Assembly: GCA_031459915.1 (NCBI GenBank)
Contig: JAVKHO010000022.1
Location: forward strand, 1 to 39,653
Reading direction: 5' to 3'
Source of the DNA: Candidatus Tepidifontimicrobium thermophilum
Lineage (GTDB): Bacteria; Sysuimicrobiota; Sysuimicrobiia; Sysuimicrobiales; Sysuimicrobiaceae
Length of the DNA stretch: 39,653 nt
The notes beneath the pieces were generated by a model, which was given only the letters and a program-made list of their open reading frames with translations, made no database searches and was not told the origin of the DNA. This document shows, piece after piece, positions 36,435 to 39,653 of this stretch. The number at the start of each line of letters is the position of its first letter. Positions within the stretch are counted from its first letter, which is position 1. The position numbers and the translations under genes are program-made.

Positions 36435-37466
36435 TCACCGCCTCCAGCCCGGGGCGACGTGCTGCAGCACGAAGCTCCGGAACGCCTCGCCGGTGGGCCG
36501 CAGGCTGCCATCCAGGTTCACCAGCCCCCGCGCCTTCGGCGCATCCACGCTGAGCCATACCGCGACGGGCAAGCCCAACTCCATCACCTTGCTCATCACC
36601 GCCGTCGTCTGGTTGGGGTCCTCGGCGTGCTGGCCGATTTCGTTGGTGATGACCGGTAGGCCCGTCTGCGCCCTCAAATACGCCGCCGCTTCCTCTAGGG
36701 CACGGGTGTCCGCGACGTACCAGTGGAAGTTCACATAGTCCGCCCCGGCATCACGGTAGGCCGAAAGAAGCGCCTTGCCCTTCTCAATTTGTCTTCGCGC
36801 CTCGGGTGAGTCCAACTGCCGCCGCACCTCTGGCGGAAACGCCCTGGCGGCGAAGTCTCGGGCCATGGCCAGCTGCCCGCTCGTCCGGTAGCGGTCGTAG
36901 ACGAGGAGAGCCACGAGAGTGCTGACCGGCCCGCCGTTGGTGCAGGAGACGCCCCTTGCGTGGGCTACCTGGCAGGCGGCCTTCAGTTGGGCACCGTACT
37001 CCTCCGGCGCGCCCGTGTAGAACCAAGCCGAGTTCTCCTCGTTCTCCACCACGAGGACCCTCGGGCGGTAGCGGGTCAGCACCCGGTCCACCGTCTGCCG
37101 CCACCCCTCCAGGTCGCCGGGCGGACGGGAGGGGACCCGCGGGGCTGAGGTGTTCCTCAACGTGAGCACCAGCTCGAACCCTGCCTGCCGGAACCCGCCG
37201 CACGTGGGGCAGGAGGCGTCCGCTGCCGCTGTGAGCACGGCGTCGGGACGCACGTACCGGACCCCCAGTGTCCTGGCCACCTCCACGCCCCGCCCGGACG
37301 AAGCCAGCCGCGGCGGGAGCATGACCCCAAAGGGATTCGAAGCGCGACCGGCCGTCGTCAGCACCCCCGAGGCTCCGATTCCCGCCAGGGTGGCGAGCGA
37401 CACCCCCGCCACGATCCCCGTCCGCCTGAGCCTCCCCGCAAGACCGCTGGCCCTTGTCCTACCCAC
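36435..37466 (-). CDS. Secreted hypothetical protein with clan GH-A glycoside hydrolase-like motifs
   Basis: Basic then hydrophobic N-terminal signal; VENEEN (acid/base-like), DYVNFHWY, PVITNEIG (nucleophile-like), GLVNLDGSLRP; GTG at 37466 follows GGAGGT. Confidence 0.65.
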   Translation of the reverse strand: MGRTRASGLAGRLRRTGIVAGVSLATLAGIGASGVLTTAGRASNPFGVMLPPRLASSGRGVEVARTLGVRYVRPDAVLTAAADASCPTCGGFRQAGFELVLTLRNTSAPRVPSRPPGDLEGWRQTVDRVLTRYRPRVLVVENEENSAWFYTGAPEEYGAQLKAACQVAHARGVSCTNGGPVSTLVALLVYDRYRTSGQLAMARDFAARAFPPEVRRQLDSPEARRQIEKGKALLSAYRDAGADYVNFHWYVADTRALEEAAAYLRAQTGLPVITNEIGQHAEDPNQTTAVMSKVMELGLPVAVWLSVDAPKARGLVNLDGSLRPTGEAFRSFVLQHVAPGWRR

Positions 37467-37557
37467 GCCCGCACCTCCGGACTGAGTCCTGCACACGTCT
37501 GACGCCACGGGCCCCCGGGCGTTTAGTGGCCTGCCGCCTGCGCCCGGCACCCCGGGG

Positions 37558-37600
37558 TTGACAGCCTCCGTGAGGGGAAGCCAGAATACCCTACGGAGTA
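37558..37600 (+). promoter_or_regulatory. Promoter (TTGACA-18-CAGAAT) with CsoR-family operator TACCCTACGGAGTA (37587-37600)
   Basis: Consensus -35. The operator overlaps the -10/+1 and shares 11 of 14 bases with the palindrome at 39373. Confidence 0.65.
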
Positions 37601-37621
37601 CCGTACTGGGAGGGAGGCGCT

Positions 37622-38320
37622 GTGAACCTCTTGAAGCCGCAGGACCGGGAAGCGTTGCGCAGGCGGTTCGAGAAGGAGCTCGTGGGGGACGTGACCCTGA
37701 CCCTGTTCACCACCTCGCGGGCGGGCTTAGCCCTGCCCGGGGCGGACTGCGAGACCTGTGAGGCCACCCAGCAGCTGCTGGAGGAGGTGGCGGCCCTCGA
37801 CCCGCGCATCCACCTGAAGGTCCGCAGCATCGTCACGGACGCCGAGGAGGCGCGGGCCGCGGGGGTCGAGGGCGTGCCGGCCATCCTGATCGGCGAGGAC
37901 GGGCAGGCCCGGGCCCGCTACTACGGGATCCCCGCGGGACTGGAGTTCGCGGTGCTGGTGGAGGACATCCTGGCCGCCTCGCGGGCCGACAGCGGCCTGA
38001 AGCCCGAGACGCGCCGGGCCCTGGCCCGCCTCCAGCGGCCCGTGCACATCCGGGTGTTCGTCACCCCCACCTGCCCCTACTGCCCGGGGGTCGCGCGCCT
38101 GGCCCACGCCATGGCCCAGGAGTCCGAGAAGATCCGCGCGGACGTCGTGGAGGCCATGGAGTTCCCCGAGCTGGCCGACCGCTATGGGGTCATGGGGGTC
38201 CCCAAGGTGGTCCTGAACGAGGCGTGGAGCTTCGAGGGCGCCCGACCCGAAGAGGCCTTCCTGCAGTACGTGCTGCAGGCCTCCGGTGCGGCGGAGCCCG
38301 CCCCTCAGGTACAGCGGTAG
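37622..38320 (+). CDS. Protein disulfide oxidoreductase (PDO; two thioredoxin folds, AhpF-NTD-like)
   Basis: CETC and FVTPTCPYC active sites, YYGIPAGLEF, VMGVPK, FEGA. Confidence 0.88.
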   Translation: MNLLKPQDREALRRRFEKELVGDVTLTLFTTSRAGLALPGADCETCEATQQLLEEVAALDPRIHLKVRSIVTDAEEARAAGVEGVPAILIGEDGQARARYYGIPAGLEFAVLVEDILAASRADSGLKPETRRALARLQRPVHIRVFVTPTCPYCPGVARLAHAMAQESEKIRADVVEAMEFPELADRYGVMGVPKVVLNEAWSFEGARPEEAFLQYVLQASGAAEPAPQVQR

Positions 38321-38333
38321 GAGGTCCGTCCAC

Positions 38334-38618
38334 GTGGCGACCGCGATCAAGCTCGGTGAGGAGCTGACGGCCTCGCTGCTGGCCCGGCTGAGGCGCATCG
38401 AGGGCCAGGTGCGGGGGCTGCAGCGGATGCTGGAGGAAGGCAGGGACTGCGCGGAGGTGGCCCAGCAGGTGGCGGCCACCCGTGCGGCCCTCAATCGGGT
38501 GGCTATGGACCTGGTCGCCGCGGGCCTGGAGCAGTGCGTCCGCCTGGAGCTGCAGGGGAAGCCCCAGGCGGAGGCCGCGCTGCGGAAACTGCAGAAGACC
38601 CTGCTGATGCTGGGGTAG
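38334..38618 (+). CDS. CsoR/RcnR/CstR family transcriptional repressor
   Basis: RLRRIEGQVRGLQRMLEEGRDC.EV..Q..A...AL and LEQC; GTG at 38334 follows AGGAGGT. Confidence 0.9.
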   Translation: MATAIKLGEELTASLLARLRRIEGQVRGLQRMLEEGRDCAEVAQQVAATRAALNRVAMDLVAAGLEQCVRLELQGKPQAEAALRKLQKTLLMLG

Positions 38619-38622
38619 GCGC

Positions 38623-39099
38623 CTAGACCGCCGCCTGCCCCTCGGGTTCTGTGCCGTAGACGTTCTGGCCGTCCAGCCGGACCCGTACTTCCACCGGAAT
38701 GCCCTGGCGCACGCTCGCCGTGACGATGCAGAAGTCCTCAAACAGCCCCAGGCACCGCTCCACCGCCGCCCGCTGGGACGGGTCCACGCCCGACAGGTCC
38801 AGCTGTGCCGCGACCCGGGCGATCCGCCACCGGCCCCGTTCGTTGCGACGCACCTCCACGTCCACCGCCGCGGACACCTCTCCCGCGACCCTCGCCCGCT
38901 CCAGGCAGAACCGCAGGCTGCTCGCCAGACAGTGGCCCAGCGCCGTGGCCACCAACCGCGCGGGGTTCGGCCCTGCTCCGTCGCCCAGAGGGGGCGGTTC
39001 GTCCACCACCAGCCCCCACTCGGGCCGGTCCATCTCCACCCGGAAGCGGTAGCGTCCCTCGGGTTTCAGGGCCACGTGGGCCCCCAGGACCTCCGACAT
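38623..39099 (-). CDS. OsmC/Ohr-superfamily protein
   Basis: DEPPPLGDGAGPNP..L...ALGHC and FEDFCIVTASVRQG (two Cys); ATG at 39099 follows GGGAGG. Confidence 0.85.
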   Translation of the reverse strand: MSEVLGAHVALKPEGRYRFRVEMDRPEWGLVVDEPPPLGDGAGPNPARLVATALGHCLASSLRFCLERARVAGEVSAAVDVEVRRNERGRWRIARVAAQLDLSGVDPSQRAAVERCLGLFEDFCIVTASVRQGIPVEVRVRLDGQNVYGTEPEGQAAV

Positions 39100-39119
39100 C
39101 TCAGCCTCCCGCCGTCCGC

Positions 39120-39329
39120 TCAGCTCCGCGCCCGCCCGCAGGTGTTCACTCCCAGCAACGCCCACAGCGGGCACCAGCCGACGATTCCCGTGGCTAGGCC
39201 GACGGCCGCCACCGCGTACAGCACGTAGGCCGTTGTCGAAGCCCCCTGCCGCAGCGCCAGCAGGAGAGCCACCAGCCCCACGATGATGCGTACCGCCCGG
39301 TCCACCGTCCCCGCGTTGCACGCCCGCAT
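39120..39329 (-). CDS. DUF2892 / YgaP-like small membrane protein
   Basis: NAGTVDRAVRIIVG, two TM helices, TG..GWCP.WALLGVNTC; GAAAGGGG RBS. Confidence 0.85.
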   Translation of the reverse strand: MRACNAGTVDRAVRIIVGLVALLLALRQGASTTAYVLYAVAAVGLATGIVGWCPLWALLGVNTCGRARS

Positions 39330-39363
39330 GGCCTCTACCCCCTTTCCGAGCTCCTCCGTGGGC

Positions 39364-39392
39364 TTTATACCCTACCCTGCAGGGTATGTCAA
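39364..39392 (-). promoter_or_regulatory. Promoter TTGACA-17-TATAAA with perfect palindromic operator TACCCTGCAGGGTA (39373-39386) in the spacer
   Basis: Near-consensus sigma70 boxes on the minus strand; 14-bp palindrome with C/G tracts typical of CsoR-family operators. Confidence 0.82.
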
Positions 39393-39653
39393 GCAAACCG
39401 ACCGCAGGTGCGGGGCACCTCCCGCGACCTCGGGGCCGCACAGCAGTCACGGCTCCCGGCCCGCCAGTGCCACCACCCCCGGCGGTACCGGTGATCCGAA
39501 CCCCCTCCCTGCTGTCGGGGGACCGCTGCGAGCGGGGCTGCCGGCGGCGCGACCGTCCCTGGAGACTCCGCCGACCTCCGCCGGAGGGCGCCTGCGGGGA
39601 GTGGGTCATGCCGCGGGACTGCCGGATGTCATTCGTCGCACGACCCCAACGTT

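Noticed and set aside
38334..38618. Copper-sensing csoR
   Set aside because: The Cu-ligand His is replaced by Gly and no copA/copZ lies nearby, so the gene symbol is withheld.
38616..38625. Palindrome TAGGCGCCTA as a regulatory site
   Set aside because: It is formed by the two convergent TAG stop codons flanking GCGC.

Overview
High-GC (about 70% by eye) bacterial chromosomal window. The gene style suggests a thermophile of the Terrabacteria group (inference only). Left end (1-940): a stack of insertion-sequence material that the ORF track mostly misses. The 3' end of an IS110-family transposase gene abuts, and apparently interrupts, a decayed IS256-family element, which lies next to an ISL3-like transposase relic. 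988-17190: a LacI-regulated carbohydrate/sugar-acid catabolic island. Leftward: FucI-family isomerase, ribulokinase, ABC binding protein and two permeases, cytoplasmic Asp-box (sialidase-fold) protein. Rightward: LacI, TRAP dctPQM, TTT tctCBA, non-DapA class I aldolase, ribokinase. Three matching LacI-type operators tie it together. The gene set fits a hypothetical pathway for Kdo or a similar 3-deoxy-octulosonate (to pyruvate + pentose, then ribulose-5-P). 17204-23111: housekeeping dapA-rnj-uppP-ftsK. 23201-28485: class III aminotransferase, acyl-CoA ligase and ECHDC3-like crotonase, plus a divergent SgaA-like aminotransferase. 28493-37466 (minus strand): secreted clan GH-A-like protein, NitT/TauT-type ABC transporter, MTHFSD-type 5-formyl-THF cyclo-ligase paralogue, a 42-bp-repeat coiled-coil/PD-(D/E)XK-like protein, tldD-pmbA and an orphan B12-binding mutase subunit. 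37558-39392: a compact convergent thiol/redox module (PDO thioredoxin and a His-less CsoR-family repressor facing DUF2892 and OsmC-like genes), with matching TACCC..GTA operators in both promoters. No rRNA, tRNA or CRISPR array was seen.
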